Shown here: one piece after another, positions 19,675-30,349 of the stretch
Layout: each line of letters begins with the position of its first letter
Numbering within the stretch: the first letter of the stretch is position 1
Origin: Flavobacteriales bacterium
Lineage (GTDB): Bacteria; Bacteroidota; Bacteroidia; Flavobacteriales_F; PHOS-HE28
Assembly (NCBI GenBank): GCA_016715995.1
Contig: JADJXF010000018.1
Coordinates: 89,819-153,818 of the forward strand
Direction: 5' to 3'
DNA: 64,000 nt
Notes under the pieces: generated by a model
The model's database searches: none
Told to the model about the DNA's origin: nothing
The model's input: only the letters and a program-made list of their open reading frames with translations
Position numbers and translations under genes: made by a program

Positions 19675-21543
19675 TCAGGCTTCTTCGCCTTCGGCCTCTT
19701 CGTCGCTCTTCTTGGCTTTGGTGCCGCGCTCGCCCTTCTCCATGGTGCTCTTCAGGTCGCTCAACACGCTGAGGTCGCCCAAGGTGCTCTTCTCCACCTT
19801 GTCGTTCACGCTCCTCACACTGGCGCTGCTGGCGCCCGTCTCGCCTTCCTTGCGGGTACGCTTGCCCTTGCTCACGGTCTCCATCGGCTCATCACCGTCC
19901 TCGAAGGTGCGGGTGTGGCTCAGCACGATGCGGCGCGCATCGGCGTTGAACTCGAGCACCATGAACGGCATCTTCTCCTCGAGCTCCGCCTTGCTGCCAT
20001 CGGCCTTCTTCAAGTGCTTGGCGGTGACGGCGCCTTCCACGCCGTAGGGCAGGCTCACCACGAAGTTCTGCCCTGCCCGGCCGGTGAGAGTGCCTTCATG
20101 CACGCTGCCTGGCGTGAACACGGTGGCGAACACCTCCCAGGGGTTCTCCTCCACCTGCTTGTGCCCGAGGCTGAGGCGGCGATTGTCCTTGTCCACCTCG
20201 AGCACCATCACCTCCACGCTGTCGCCGATGGCGCAGAACTCGCTCGGGTGCTTGATGCGCTTCGTCCAGCTCAGATCGCTGATGTGGATGAGGCCATCCA
20301 CGCCCTCCTCCAGCTCGGCGAAGATGCCGAAGTGGGTGAAGTTGCGGACCTTGGCGGTGTGCTTGCTGCGCACCGGGTACTTGAACTCGATGTCGGCCCA
20401 GGGATCGGTGCTCAGCTGCTTCATGCCGAGGCTCATCTTGCGCTCCTCGCGGTCGATGTTGAGGATCACGCACTCGATCTCCTGCTGTTCCTTCAGGAAG
20501 TCCTTCGGGCTGCGCAGGTGCTGGCTCCAGCTCATCTCGCTCACATGCAGCAGGCCTTCCACGCCGGGGGCCACCTCCACGAATGCGCCGTAGTCGGTGA
20601 TCACCATCACCTTGCCCTTCACCTTGTCGCCGGCGTTCATGTCGGCGCTCAGCGCATCCCACGGGTGCGGCAGCAGTTGCTTCAGACCAAGGGCGATGCG
20701 GCGCTTCTCGTCGTCGAAGTCCAGGATCACCACGTTGATCTTGTCGTCAAGCTTCACCACCTCCTCTGGATGGCTCACGCGGCCATAGGCCAGGTCGGTG
20801 ATGTGGATGAGGCCATCCACGCCGCCCAGGTCCACGAACACACCATAGCTGGTGATGTTCTTGACGGTACCCTCGAGCACCTGGCCTTTCTCCAGGCCGC
20901 CGATGATCTGCTTCTTCTGCGCCTCGAGTTCCGCCTCGATCAGCGCCTTGTGGCTGACCACCACGTTCTTGAACTCCTGGTTGATCTTGACGACCTTGAA
21001 CTCCATGTTCTTGCCCACGAACTGGTCGTAGTCGCGGATTGGCTTCACGTCGATCTGCGAGCCGGGCAGGAAGGCCTCGATGCCGAACACGTCCACGATG
21101 AGGCCGCCCTTGGTGCGGCACTTCACGAAGCCCGTGATGATCTCGTTGGTCTCCATCGCGTGGTTCACCTTTCCCCACGCGTTGTGCACGCGCGCGGTCT
21201 TGTGGCTCACCACCATCTGGCCGCCCTTGTCCTCCTGCTTCTCGATGTACACCTCGACTTGGTCGCCGATGGCGAGGTCGGGCTTGTAGCGGAACTCGCT
21301 GATGGGGACCACGCCTTCGGACTTGTAGCCGATGTTGATCACCACCTCTTTCTTGTTCATGCCCACCACGGTGCCCATGAGGACCTCCTTCTCGGAGATG
21401 CTGCTCAGGGTCTTCTCGTAGGCATCCTCCATGCTCTTGTGCGCATCGGCGCCCAAGGCCTTCTTGTCATCTTCCAGGCCCGCCCAATCGAAATCGGTGG
21501 GAGGCTCGGCGAAGGTGACCTTGTTGTTCTCGACAGTAGACAT
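19675..21543 (-). CDS. rpsA: 30S ribosomal protein S1
   Basis: Six S1 repeats (e.g. VEGTVKNITSYGVFVDLGGVDGLIHITDL). ~622 aa. Confidence 0.9.
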   Translation of the reverse strand: MSTVENNKVTFAEPPTDFDWAGLEDDKKALGADAHKSMEDAYEKTLSSISEKEVLMGTVVGMNKKEVVINIGYKSEGVVPISEFRYKPDLAIGDQVEVYIEKQEDKGGQMVVSHKTARVHNAWGKVNHAMETNEIITGFVKCRTKGGLIVDVFGIEAFLPGSQIDVKPIRDYDQFVGKNMEFKVVKINQEFKNVVVSHKALIEAELEAQKKQIIGGLEKGQVLEGTVKNITSYGVFVDLGGVDGLIHITDLAYGRVSHPEEVVKLDDKINVVILDFDDEKRRIALGLKQLLPHPWDALSADMNAGDKVKGKVMVITDYGAFVEVAPGVEGLLHVSEMSWSQHLRSPKDFLKEQQEIECVILNIDREERKMSLGMKQLSTDPWADIEFKYPVRSKHTAKVRNFTHFGIFAELEEGVDGLIHISDLSWTKRIKHPSEFCAIGDSVEVMVLEVDKDNRRLSLGHKQVEENPWEVFATVFTPGSVHEGTLTGRAGQNFVVSLPYGVEGAVTAKHLKKADGSKAELEEKMPFMVLEFNADARRIVLSHTRTFEDGDEPMETVSKGKRTRKEGETGASSASVRSVNDKVEKSTLGDLSVLSDLKSTMEKGERGTKAKKSDEEAEGEEA

Positions 21544-21744
21544 GTTGACTCGTTTCAACTTGTATCCCGGACCAAGGGGGCGCTGTCCGAAAGGGTTCGA
21601 CAGGTTCAGCCCAGGGCTCCCCTGCCTGGACTATCCCGGTCCCGCCAACAAGCGGCGGGGGGAAACGGGGCCGCGAATCTAACGGTATTCCCTGAACTTC
21701 AGCCCTATCACGGCCGAACCGGAAGGTCTTGTCCGCCCCTGCTG

Positions 21745-22425
21745 CTAGGGCAGGGTGCACCAGTATCCAGCCTGGTCTGGGTCGCAGCGCTCGAAGAGCG
21801 GGAGTTCCATTCCGGGTTTCACCAGCAGTAGCTCCCACGGTTGAAGGAGCGTCATGAACCGAGCACCTTCCTTAGTGGGTGCCAGCGCCAATGCGCGGTC
21901 GTGCGTCTTGTCCAAACGAGGCTTGCAAAGCTCCAGACGCAGGAGCACCCCCTCGCCCAACCCGGTCCGTTTGGTGAATGTCCTGATATCCATGTGCCCG
22001 GAGAGCAGGGCCTTCTGGAGCTGTTCGCAACGCTGCGCCTGCCAGACATCCCGACCGGCCTGCTCGCGCTGCGTCCGCAGTGCATCGAACTGCTCCTGGG
22101 TTGGTTCCGTGTATGTAGGCTTGAAGACGGCCTTCGGAGCTGGATCCTTCTTCAACATTGCGAAGAGCGCAGCGCTCTGGCCCGGACGGATAAGTATCAG
22201 TTCCTTCTCCGGGATATACAGGAAGAGGTCCTCCGCTGCGGGTGTAGGCAGGTAGCCGTGGTAGCGCTGGTACTCATTGTTCACTTCGCGGCGGCGCAAC
22301 AGACCGAGGCGGACCAAAGGTCCCAAATCTGACTTCCGCCCGAGGAAATCGCTGAGCTCCTCATATCCCTGCTCCCGCGACCGCAGGATGCGGTTGTACC
22401 GCGCTTCAAACACCGCCGCTGTCAT
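21745..22425 (-). CDS. hypothetical protein
   Basis: 226-aa ORF with balanced, non-antisense-like composition. No family recognised. Confidence 0.55.
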   Translation of the reverse strand: MTAAVFEARYNRILRSREQGYEELSDFLGRKSDLGPLVRLGLLRRREVNNEYQRYHGYLPTPAAEDLFLYIPEKELILIRPGQSAALFAMLKKDPAPKAVFKPTYTEPTQEQFDALRTQREQAGRDVWQAQRCEQLQKALLSGHMDIRTFTKRTGLGEGVLLRLELCKPRLDKTHDRALALAPTKEGARFMTLLQPWELLLVKPGMELPLFERCDPDQAGYWCTLP

Positions 22426-22514
22426 GCCGCCAAGATCCGGAGGCGCACAAAGCCGTTGGAGGCGACATGCAGTCGATCACCAACGAACCGATGTTGATCG
22501 GTCCTGAATGCCGA

Positions 22515-23384
22515 TTACGGAAGCACGAACCGGCGCGTCTCCTGCCGTGTTGGCGAAGTGATTCGCACCAGCAGCAGACGCCCGCGCAGCCCGGACAAGT
22601 CCACCTGCCAGGAGATCCGCTGGGCGGTGGTGGCACCTCGGGAGGCGACCCACGAGCCATCGGCCGCGAAGAGGTCCAAGGCCACGCGCTCACCTGCGGC
22701 GTTCGCATCGAATACCAGAACGCCGGTCCCATCCGGTGAGGGCAACACGAGGAGGCCTTGAACGGGAGCGGGAGCGGCCGCAGGCAACGCGGTGCTGAGA
22801 TCGCATTGCACGGGATCAATGACATTCGCTTGGCCCGGGGTGCTGCACATGAGCCGGAAATCGGTGGCGTTGTTGTCGGTGTCCGTTCCATCTGGATACC
22901 GGCCTATGCTCACGCCCGGTGAGATGTTGGTGTCCTCTGCCGAGGTGCCATCACCTTCCGTGTAGCCCGGCACGCTGCCGCCGTAACTGAGTGCGTCAAT
23001 GATGGTGGGCGTCGGTTCCGTGAGCACCAAGGCGATGGCATCCGGGGACCCATTCTGGATGAGGTTGGTGGCAGGTGTAACCACCTCGTTGCAGTTGGGC
23101 GTTGCTGCGTTGGCGCAGATCACGAAGTAGCCGCCAGCAGGAAGCGCCGGCCAGGACGTGCCGTTCAACGTGCGGTACACGGCCGCGCCACCGGCATTGC
23201 CGTTCACCATGACCACTTGCACATACTGGAGCGGGAAGACCGTCCCGCCGGAGTTACGCAGTTCGATGTACTCCGTAGCGTCGGTGCCGGGCTGGTCGTA
23301 GTCCACCTCATTGATCACCAACTGCGCGTTCGCGGCGCACGGTGCAATGAGGCAAATCTTCAGGAGGAGGCGTAGTCTCATCAT
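22515..23384 (-). CDS. lamin-tail-domain (LTD) protein with T9SS CTD
   Basis: LVINEVDYDQPGTDATEYIELRN is the LTD hallmark. Signal peptide present. C-terminal CTD. Confidence 0.75.
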   Translation of the reverse strand: MMRLRLLLKICLIAPCAANAQLVINEVDYDQPGTDATEYIELRNSGGTVFPLQYVQVVMVNGNAGGAAVYRTLNGTSWPALPAGGYFVICANAATPNCNEVVTPATNLIQNGSPDAIALVLTEPTPTIIDALSYGGSVPGYTEGDGTSAEDTNISPGVSIGRYPDGTDTDNNATDFRLMCSTPGQANVIDPVQCDLSTALPAAAPAPVQGLLVLPSPDGTGVLVFDANAAGERVALDLFAADGSWVASRGATTAQRISWQVDLSGLRGRLLLVRITSPTRQETRRFVLP

Positions 23385-23467
23385 GGGTTGTCTTGATGGT
23401 TGATCAAGGTCAGCCTCGCGAAGATCGCATCACCAGCCGAACGAACGTCCGGTGAGGCAAGCCAGTG

Positions 23468-25435
23468 TTAGTGCTTGGCGAACCGCGTCTGCAACCAATC
23501 CTCGCCATCCCGCACACGCAGCAGGTAACTGCCCGGAGCCAATGCGGAAACATCCAATTGACCACCGTGGCTGCGCGTTGCGAGCGCGAGCTTACCGGTT
23601 GCGTCAAGAATCTCGACGGCGGTGTTCATGGGAGAGCCGGTGAGCACCAGCATGCCTGTGGTGGGATTCGGACCTGCGCTGAATGCTGAAGCAGCAGCAG
23701 CCGGGATGCTGCTGAAGGTGCCTTCCACCACCGTATGCGCTGTGTTGATGGCCGGATGCTCGATCACGTCGACGTTGCCACTCGGCCACTGGATCGTCAT
23801 GGATTCCACCTCGGTGTCCTGCCCGAGGCCGAAATGGGCGCCGATGAAGCTCATGAACGCGAAGCCATCGCCGCTGCGGATGTCGCGGATCTGCGTGCCA
23901 AGCGCGCTGGTAATGATCACGCGGGCACCGATCGCATCGCGGTTGCTCGCCACGCCGACGGGATTGATGCGGATCCAATTGTTCGCATTGCCGTTGTTGC
24001 GGAGGTACCCGGAACTGGTGGCAATGTCAAGGAAGCCGTCGTGGTTCAGGTCGCCGATGGCTTGGTTGCCCGGCGCGGAGGCATCGTGGCTGAAGGTGCC
24101 ATCGCCATTGTTGTAGTGCATCGCGCCGCCACCGAGCACATCGATCCAGCCATCGTTGTTGAAGTCGTGCGCCGTCCATTCGATGCTCTGCCCGGCGAAG
24201 GTCTCCATGCCGCTGCCGATGGTGGCATTGGTGAAGTTGCCCACGCCATCGTTGCGCATGAGTTTGTGGTAGCCGCTGCTGCTGGCCCCGATGAGCACAT
24301 CCATGTCGCCATCGTTGTCGAAATCGCCCCAGGCGCTGCTCCAGCTCTGGTGCCCATCGCTCATGCCCTGCGCGGGGGCCACATTGAAGAAGGCGCCGCT
24401 TCCATTGTTCCACATGAGCAGGTCGAGGGGGTCGCAGCCGCACTTGGCCACGAAGAGGTCCACCGCGCCATCGTTGTTGTAATCGGTGAAGATGGAGCCG
24501 TAGTTGCCGCAGGAGGTGCCGTAGCCGCCCTGGGTAAAGACCAGGTTGCCGTTGCCATCGTTGATGAAGCCGACGTTGGCATCCACATCATGGCAGCTGA
24601 AGGCATCGAGGTGGCCGTCGTTGTTCAGGTCGACGAAATTGGTCCGCTGGCAGAAGATGTATTGCAAGAAGGTGACCTCGGTGTAAGCGGTTCCTGTGGG
24701 ATTGGCCTTCATGAAGGTGGCCCCGCTCCCACCGCCGTAAAGCAGGTCGCGGTGCCCGTTGCTGTCGAAATCGCCGATGGCGAAGCTCCAGGAGGCCGTG
24801 TTGTCCGCCGGGGTGGTCGGATAGGTGGTGGGCACGAATCCGCCTCCGGCCTGCTGGTGGTTGATGATGAAGCTGGTGTATCCCGGCGTGATCGCGTCAT
24901 CACGGCCATCGTTGTTCATGTCTACCACGCCCATGATTCCACCAGCGCCGGAAATCGGTGTTGGCGAAAAGGTGACGGCCCCCTGTGGCGGACCGGGAAC
25001 GTTCAACTGGACGAGTTGGAAGGTGAAGCCCGAAGGGGTCCAGTAGCTATCCCATGCGATGTAATAGGTGACGCCCGCCAACACCTGGAACGAGCTGATG
25101 GAAGAATAACCAGGCCCCGAATCATCATCGCCCGCATGGCAGATCAACCCGGCGCAGGAACCCACATACACATGCAGGCGCGTATCCACGTTCGGGAACC
25201 CGGTGACATTGCTGCTCACCATCACCATGGTGTCGTGGGTGGCCGTGTAGCGGTACCAGGCACCCGCGGCAGCCAACGGACCGCCAACGCACAAGGTGCT
25301 CGGAGGCGTGCCCGTCAGGGTCGGCACGGTATGAATGCCCGGCGTGATGGCGATGGCGCTAACGCAGGTGCCCTGCGCGCTGACCGTGGTCGAAAGGGTG
25401 GCGGCACATGCGGCGAGGAGCAGGGTGGTTCTCAT
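23468..25435 (-). CDS. FG-GAP/VCBS-repeat (ASPIC/UnbV-like) protein with T9SS CTD
   Basis: Repeated DxNxDGxxD/FG-GAP motifs (DMNNDGRDD, DLNNDGHLD, DYNNDGAVD, DFDNDGDMD, DFNNDGWID), ASPIC/UnbV-like segment and CTD. Confidence 0.8.
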   Translation of the reverse strand: MRTTLLLAACAATLSTTVSAQGTCVSAIAITPGIHTVPTLTGTPPSTLCVGGPLAAAGAWYRYTATHDTMVMVSSNVTGFPNVDTRLHVYVGSCAGLICHAGDDDSGPGYSSISSFQVLAGVTYYIAWDSYWTPSGFTFQLVQLNVPGPPQGAVTFSPTPISGAGGIMGVVDMNNDGRDDAITPGYTSFIINHQQAGGGFVPTTYPTTPADNTASWSFAIGDFDSNGHRDLLYGGGSGATFMKANPTGTAYTEVTFLQYIFCQRTNFVDLNNDGHLDAFSCHDVDANVGFINDGNGNLVFTQGGYGTSCGNYGSIFTDYNNDGAVDLFVAKCGCDPLDLLMWNNGSGAFFNVAPAQGMSDGHQSWSSAWGDFDNDGDMDVLIGASSSGYHKLMRNDGVGNFTNATIGSGMETFAGQSIEWTAHDFNNDGWIDVLGGGAMHYNNGDGTFSHDASAPGNQAIGDLNHDGFLDIATSSGYLRNNGNANNWIRINPVGVASNRDAIGARVIITSALGTQIRDIRSGDGFAFMSFIGAHFGLGQDTEVESMTIQWPSGNVDVIEHPAINTAHTVVEGTFSSIPAAAASAFSAGPNPTTGMLVLTGSPMNTAVEILDATGKLALATRSHGGQLDVSALAPGSYLLRVRDGEDWLQTRFAKH

Positions 25436-25542
25436 TGAGGATTGGATTCGTTGGCCAATGTACCCGGAGTGACGCACGGTTGACCCCATCCGTTGCCGGG
25501 ATTATGGCACAGGACAGGATTCCTTCCAACAGGAATGACCGG

Positions 25543-25923
25543 CTAGTCGATGCGCAGCAACAGATCCACGCGCCGCGGACTGCGGTCCACAACGACCCAA
25601 TCGGTGTTGTGCACACCCGCGTACAGCACGACCTGGCTTCCGGTGCTGTCGGCTCCATGCACCTCAAAGGTCCGAAGGAAATTGCTCGGCAGCACATGGC
25701 CCCCGGAGCCTTCCGATACCTCCAGGAACAAGGTGGACTCTCCCGATGGGACGCTATCGCTTAGCACGGACGAATCGCCGAAAAGCGTGGTGGCCTCGAC
25801 GCGGAGCGGCGCGCCCGTGAGATTCTCTACGTAATAGCTGCCCAAGGTGACCGGCTCCGTGATCCTCGCGCAGGCCCCGAATAGAATGACCATCGCTAAG
25901 AGCAAAGCGCACCGGTGAACCAT
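25543..25923 (-). CDS. hypothetical lipoprotein
   Basis: MVHRCALLLAMVILFGACA is a lipobox-type signal. Confidence 0.5.
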   Translation of the reverse strand: MVHRCALLLAMVILFGACARITEPVTLGSYYVENLTGAPLRVEATTLFGDSSVLSDSVPSGESTLFLEVSEGSGGHVLPSNFLRTFEVHGADSTGSQVVLYAGVHNTDWVVVDRSPRRVDLLLRID

Positions 25924-26125
25924 GAAGCAAAGATGGCTGTTCATCGTCCCCTATCGCCCAGGAAACACATCACGAACGAACGAAGGCTGATCCGCATGCT
26001 GAACCCCGGTAGCCAATCACGCATCGCGGAACGGTGTGGGGTAGAAAGCGTGAATGAAGGTTAAAGGTTCAGCCGCGCGCAATAGCGGGCGACGGACGAC
26101 GGTTGCAGCGTAAATCCAACCCGTC

Positions 26126-26872
26126 ATGGTCCATTCATCGGCTTTCTGGGAGCAGCACTTCCGTCAGAACCTTACTGTCCAGCGCGTCGACTGGTCAATG
26201 GCGCCCGCCATCACCACCGAAGAGAAGGAGCGCATCCTGTATTCCCTGAAAGCCTGGCAGCTGGGCGAGACCAGCGATGGTCGCCACTTGCTGGCCGCTG
26301 CGGGGCGCTACGCATCGCGCATCGGCGACCCGCGCTACGTGGCCGCCGTGCAGCAGTTCATCCGCGAGGAGCAGAAACACGGCGCGAACCTCGGCCGCTA
26401 CATCGACCTCATCGGCGCCCAGCGCGCGCGCGCAGACTGGGGCGACACGCTCTTTCGGAAGGTGCGCTACTTCAACCGCAGCATGGAACTGTGGACCATC
26501 TCCGTGATCATCGTGGAGAGCGCCGCGCAGGTCTTCTACCAGGCCCTGCACGATGCCACGCGCTGCCCGCTGCTCAAGCAGGTCTGCACCGACATCCTCA
26601 TCGACGAGGCGCACCACATCAAGTTCCAGAACGAGCGCATGTGGATGATCTTCCAGCGCAAGCGTTTCTATAACAAGGCGGTTTCACTGCTCCTCTACTC
26701 CTTCCTCTTGTTCTGCACCATCCACGCCATCTGGTACGGCCACCGTCGCGCGCTCAAGGCCGGCGGCGTGGACCGCCCGGAGTTCATGCGCGCCATGTAC
26801 TACAAGTTCTTCAGCACGGTGAAGTTCCTGCACCGCCGCGAAAGCACACCCGAATTGGCTCTTGCCCAGTAA
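26126..26872 (+). CDS. hypothetical ferritin-like (putative di-iron) protein
   Basis: Two ExxH motifs (REEQKHG, DEAHH) spaced as in ferritin-like four-helix bundles. C-terminal hydrophobic segment. Confidence 0.55.
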   Translation: MVHSSAFWEQHFRQNLTVQRVDWSMAPAITTEEKERILYSLKAWQLGETSDGRHLLAAAGRYASRIGDPRYVAAVQQFIREEQKHGANLGRYIDLIGAQRARADWGDTLFRKVRYFNRSMELWTISVIIVESAAQVFYQALHDATRCPLLKQVCTDILIDEAHHIKFQNERMWMIFQRKRFYNKAVSLLLYSFLLFCTIHAIWYGHRRALKAGGVDRPEFMRAMYYKFFSTVKFLHRRESTPELALAQ

Positions 26873-26879
26873 GCACTTT

Positions 26880-27768
26880 TCAGTGCGCCACGTAGAGACG
26901 GGCTGTGCGGCCATCGCTCGTGACCACGTAGCAGCCGTTGGGCAGGGCGGATACGTCCAGTTGCAGGCGATCCGTCGAGGAGCGTTGAGCCAGTACCGTG
27001 CGCCCTGTCGCGTCCGAAACGGTCACCTGCGAACCAGCGCGGAGGCCGGCAATGAACACATTACCATGCGATGGGTTCGGGGCGATGGAGAACACGCGTG
27101 GTTCTTCCAACTGGGCGGTGCCCATCTCCAGTTCGCAACCTCCTACCCAATCCTCAGGATAGAACCCTTCGGCACCCAAGCCGAAGCAATCCAACGTGTA
27201 GCCGCAATCGAAAAAGTTCGACAGGGGTTCGAACAGGCCGTGCGAACTGCCCACGCCTTCGATGAGGTATTGCGCCCAGCTATTGCCCAGTTCGTAACGG
27301 GCGCGCATCGCGGTACCGATGAGCACGCTGTCCACCGCCACCACCGTGATATCCGCATTCCAGTTGGTATAGCTCAGTGGCAGCGTCTGACCGGCCACCA
27401 GGATCGAACTCGTGGAGCAGTTGATCGGCATCGTCCGCCCAGATCCGAAGCTGTCGGTCCTGCTGGCGTATGAGCCAGACGCCATGGAAGCCTGTGCCGT
27501 AGGGCGTGGTGCCGCTGCAGCCAGGCTGCGGTGGCGGCATCGATTGCCAGTTCAATGTGACGACGCCAGCGCGCAGCACTTTGGTCCAAGTAACACTTTC
27601 AATGACCGAGTCACCGGCCGTGAAGTAGTTGAATCCGTCATTCGCGATGCAGGGTGCGGGCACGCCACAGACGGAATGCTGCAGCCAGATGGGATCGTTC
27701 GCCAAATACTCCTGGCCTTGGGCTGCGGAGGTCATCAAGGCGATGGCACAAAGGGTAGCAAGGCGCAT
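26880..27768 (-). CDS. T9SS C-terminal sorting domain protein (one frameshift near 27475)
   Basis: N-part with signal peptide MRLATLCAIALMTSAAQG (ORF 27280-27768) and C-part ending ...VFSIAPNPSHGNVFIAGL...GCYVVTSDGRTARLYVAH (ORF 26880-27485) overlap in different frames. Confidence 0.65.
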
Positions 27769-27838
27769 GGGAGCAGGTTTGAATCGCAGACAATGTTCGA
27801 AGCCTGGGCGCTGCCTAGTTGATTGGCACCGAAACCAC

Positions 27839-28252
27839 CTAGGGCTTGCGTGAAGCCCGCTTGGTGGACGGTTTCCGGGCGGGTTCCTTCTTCATCACCT
27901 TCTTCTTGGCCGTTGCCTTCTTCGGTGGAAGAGCGCTCACGTAAACCAGCGAAATCCTCACCCACCTGGCCAATGCTGCTTTGGTGCCTACCGAGGTAGG
28001 CTCCACGAAGAGAAAGCCCTTCATGTCGCCCTTGCCGAAGGTCATGGGCTTGGCCCCTGGCCATCCGCTCACCTCCGCATGCCGGGCCGGGTCGAAGCGC
28101 GCCATGAAGTCGCCCTTGTTGGTGATGCCTACGCTCATGTGGCCCTTCACCATGAAGGCCACGCCGCCGAACATCTTCTTCGGTTCAGCCTTCGCACCTT
28201 CGGCGGTGAGGACATCGAGGATGCGCTGCTCGAAGAGCGGGTCGTGGGGCAT
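27839..28252 (-). CDS. TfoX/Sxy N-terminal-domain protein
   Basis: KMFGGVAFMVKGHMSVGI matches the TfoX_N signature. Lys-rich tail. Confidence 0.7.
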   Translation of the reverse strand: MPHDPLFEQRILDVLTAEGAKAEPKKMFGGVAFMVKGHMSVGITNKGDFMARFDPARHAEVSGWPGAKPMTFGKGDMKGFLFVEPTSVGTKAALARWVRISLVYVSALPPKKATAKKKVMKKEPARKPSTKRASRKP

Positions 28253-28357
28253 GGGAGCTTGCTATGCGGCAAAGATGACTGATACGTCCTTGTCTTCTCG
28301 AGCACAGGCGGACGTGCGGATAGTCATGGGGCAGGGCTGGCAGAGGCGCCCGCTGCC

Positions 28358-29368
28358 TCACTCCATGGAAAAAGGCGGGGTCCGCACCATCTCCATGTTC
28401 GCACCCATGAATACCAGGCGGTAGCTGCCCGGCAACAGCTCCTTCCCATCGGCCGGTTGGCTCCCGCGCACCCACCATCTGAGCGGCGGCAGCACCACCC
28501 CGTGGTCCTCCCAGTCCGCCCAAGGCATGCCGCAATCCATCTGGACCAGCTCGAAGGGAATGCGCTCCACCCAGCCGGTATCCGTCCGCATCTCCACACC
28601 GAAAAGCGGCATGCCACTGCCGCAAGCACCGTTGAGCATCACCCGGCCGGTGATGTGCACCCACACCGTATCCGCACTTACACGCTTCACATGCACCTCC
28701 TTCAGCCCCGGTCGTGCTGCCACTTCCGCTTCCCATTGTTCCGGTGTCATTGGCGGTGGCGGTATATATGGCGCTGCTGGTGGTCTGGGCGGTGGTTGGT
28801 TGCGGTAGTGCGCCTCTAGTTCGGCGAGTTGCTGTTTGTAGGCAGCATCCCCCTCGGCAATCAGGCGCTTGGCGAAGGCGTTCGCCGTTTCCACCGCCCA
28901 AGGGTCCGCGATCAACTCCTCGAATGAGTATGTGCCCTTGCGAAAACGGATCACCTCCGGCGACTCCTGGTCCCAGCGCCCCCAAGCGCGTTGCATCAGG
29001 CGCCAATGCACCTTCGAGCTGTCCGGAAACTCCAAGCGCATGGTATCCGCATCCGCAATGATGAGCAGGTAGCCCTTGTTGCAATACGAATCGTACATCC
29101 CATAGCGGACCCACCCGCTCGTGGTGTCCGCGAAGAGCGGTCCACCCGTGAACACTTGCCGCACCCATCTGCCCGCCTTCTCCGGGTCGTAGTTGTAGTC
29201 GTTGCTGTATCGGCAATAGGACACCACAACGTGGGCGCGCGATAACGGCAACGGCCGTGCCTTGTCCTCTGCCAGGGTGAAGGTGACACTGGGCGGTTGC
29301 GGTTGGGCGGCGCAGATCAACGCATCCAGCGTCATGCAGATGATCACCATCGAACGCCACGTCATCAT
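28358..29368 (-). CDS. hypothetical secreted protein
   Basis: 336 aa with N-terminal signal-like segment. The overlapping 391-aa ORF (28185-29360) in another frame has antisense-like composition. Confidence 0.6.
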   Translation of the reverse strand: MMTWRSMVIICMTLDALICAAQPQPPSVTFTLAEDKARPLPLSRAHVVVSYCRYSNDYNYDPEKAGRWVRQVFTGGPLFADTTSGWVRYGMYDSYCNKGYLLIIADADTMRLEFPDSSKVHWRLMQRAWGRWDQESPEVIRFRKGTYSFEELIADPWAVETANAFAKRLIAEGDAAYKQQLAELEAHYRNQPPPRPPAAPYIPPPPMTPEQWEAEVAARPGLKEVHVKRVSADTVWVHITGRVMLNGACGSGMPLFGVEMRTDTGWVERIPFELVQMDCGMPWADWEDHGVVLPPLRWWVRGSQPADGKELLPGSYRLVFMGANMEMVRTPPFSME

Positions 29369-30291
29369 CGCAACTTCAGCGTGAAGGTTTCCTCGCGGCC
29401 GTTGGCCAGCAAACGCACCGGGTGATCACCGATCGGCCAGTCGCTCACATCCGTCAGCGCATCCGCTGGGTCACCGATAGGGACGTGGATGCGCACGGGT
29501 TCCCTCTGCTGTTCGGGGAAGTGCGCAACGAAGGTGATGATGTACTCGGCGGCCACGCCCACCGATGGGAATCGAACGAAGTGCGTTCCGCAATAGCCCG
29601 AGCGCAGGACCCATGCATCGCGCATGGGCATCTTCGGCGGATCGAGGTCAGGTGGAAGGAGGAGCTCCTGCCTGCACGTATCCATGTTCAACTGCGGAAC
29701 AACGCGCTCCTCCTTCATTGCCCTAGTCCAAAGCACATCGAACTGCTTCGTCAGCGAGGCCGTGCGGGCATCCACCTGTTCCGCTCTATCATCCATGGCG
29801 TAGTATTCCTTGGTGAAAGGAAGTCCGATAGGCAGGTAGCGGCCCGGCCTGAACGGCATCACCACGGGGGGCCTACGCGTACAGTCCAAGGTCCTGCATC
29901 GTTCCTCCACCTCTCCTCCCCTGGCCCGGTAGTACACGGACAATTCCACGACCATGGTATCCAGGCCACGGACCACCACCACCTTCACATCCGGAGAATC
30001 CCTGCCCCGCGCCGGCGTGGCTTGGAACGATGGGAGGCCCGCCCCGAACAAGGGCTTGAGCCGCATGCGCTCATCAACCTGTGGGCTTACCGGGTAGTGC
30101 AACGGCATGTTGTTCCACCACATCCCGTGTTGCATGTAGTACACGCGGTAGTCGCCCTGCAACGGCACCAGGGCGCTGCTGTCTTCCACGAAAGCATAGC
30201 GCGTCCAATACGGGTTCTGGTCAGGGTCGAGGCGCTGGGCGTGAACAGCGAGCGTGCCAATGGTCGAAGCAAGCAGGATCGCGACGCGCAT
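29365..30291 (-). CDS. hypothetical secreted protein
   Basis: MRVAILLASTIGTLAVHAQ signal peptide. 308 aa. Last core-GC gene before the GC drop. Confidence 0.6.
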   Translation of the reverse strand: MRVAILLASTIGTLAVHAQRLDPDQNPYWTRYAFVEDSSALVPLQGDYRVYYMQHGMWWNNMPLHYPVSPQVDERMRLKPLFGAGLPSFQATPARGRDSPDVKVVVVRGLDTMVVELSVYYRARGGEVEERCRTLDCTRRPPVVMPFRPGRYLPIGLPFTKEYYAMDDRAEQVDARTASLTKQFDVLWTRAMKEERVVPQLNMDTCRQELLLPPDLDPPKMPMRDAWVLRSGYCGTHFVRFPSVGVAAEYIITFVAHFPEQQREPVRIHVPIGDPADALTDVSDWPIGDHPVRLLANGREETFTLKLR

Positions 30292-30349
30292 CGGCTTTCG
30301 GTACCCCGAAGGTGGGGGGAAGTTCAGTGGGCCACGTCCATGCCCGTAT

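Noticed and set aside
19639-21831. 730-aa plus-strand ORF
   Set aside because: Antisense to rpsA. H/A/L/V/G-rich low-complexity translation typical of high-GC opposite-strand ORFs. rpsA on the minus strand is clearly the real gene.
22406-22891. 161-aa minus-strand ORF
   Set aside because: Overlaps the LTD/T9SS gene (22515-23384) in another frame. Cys/Pro/Arg-rich artefactual composition.
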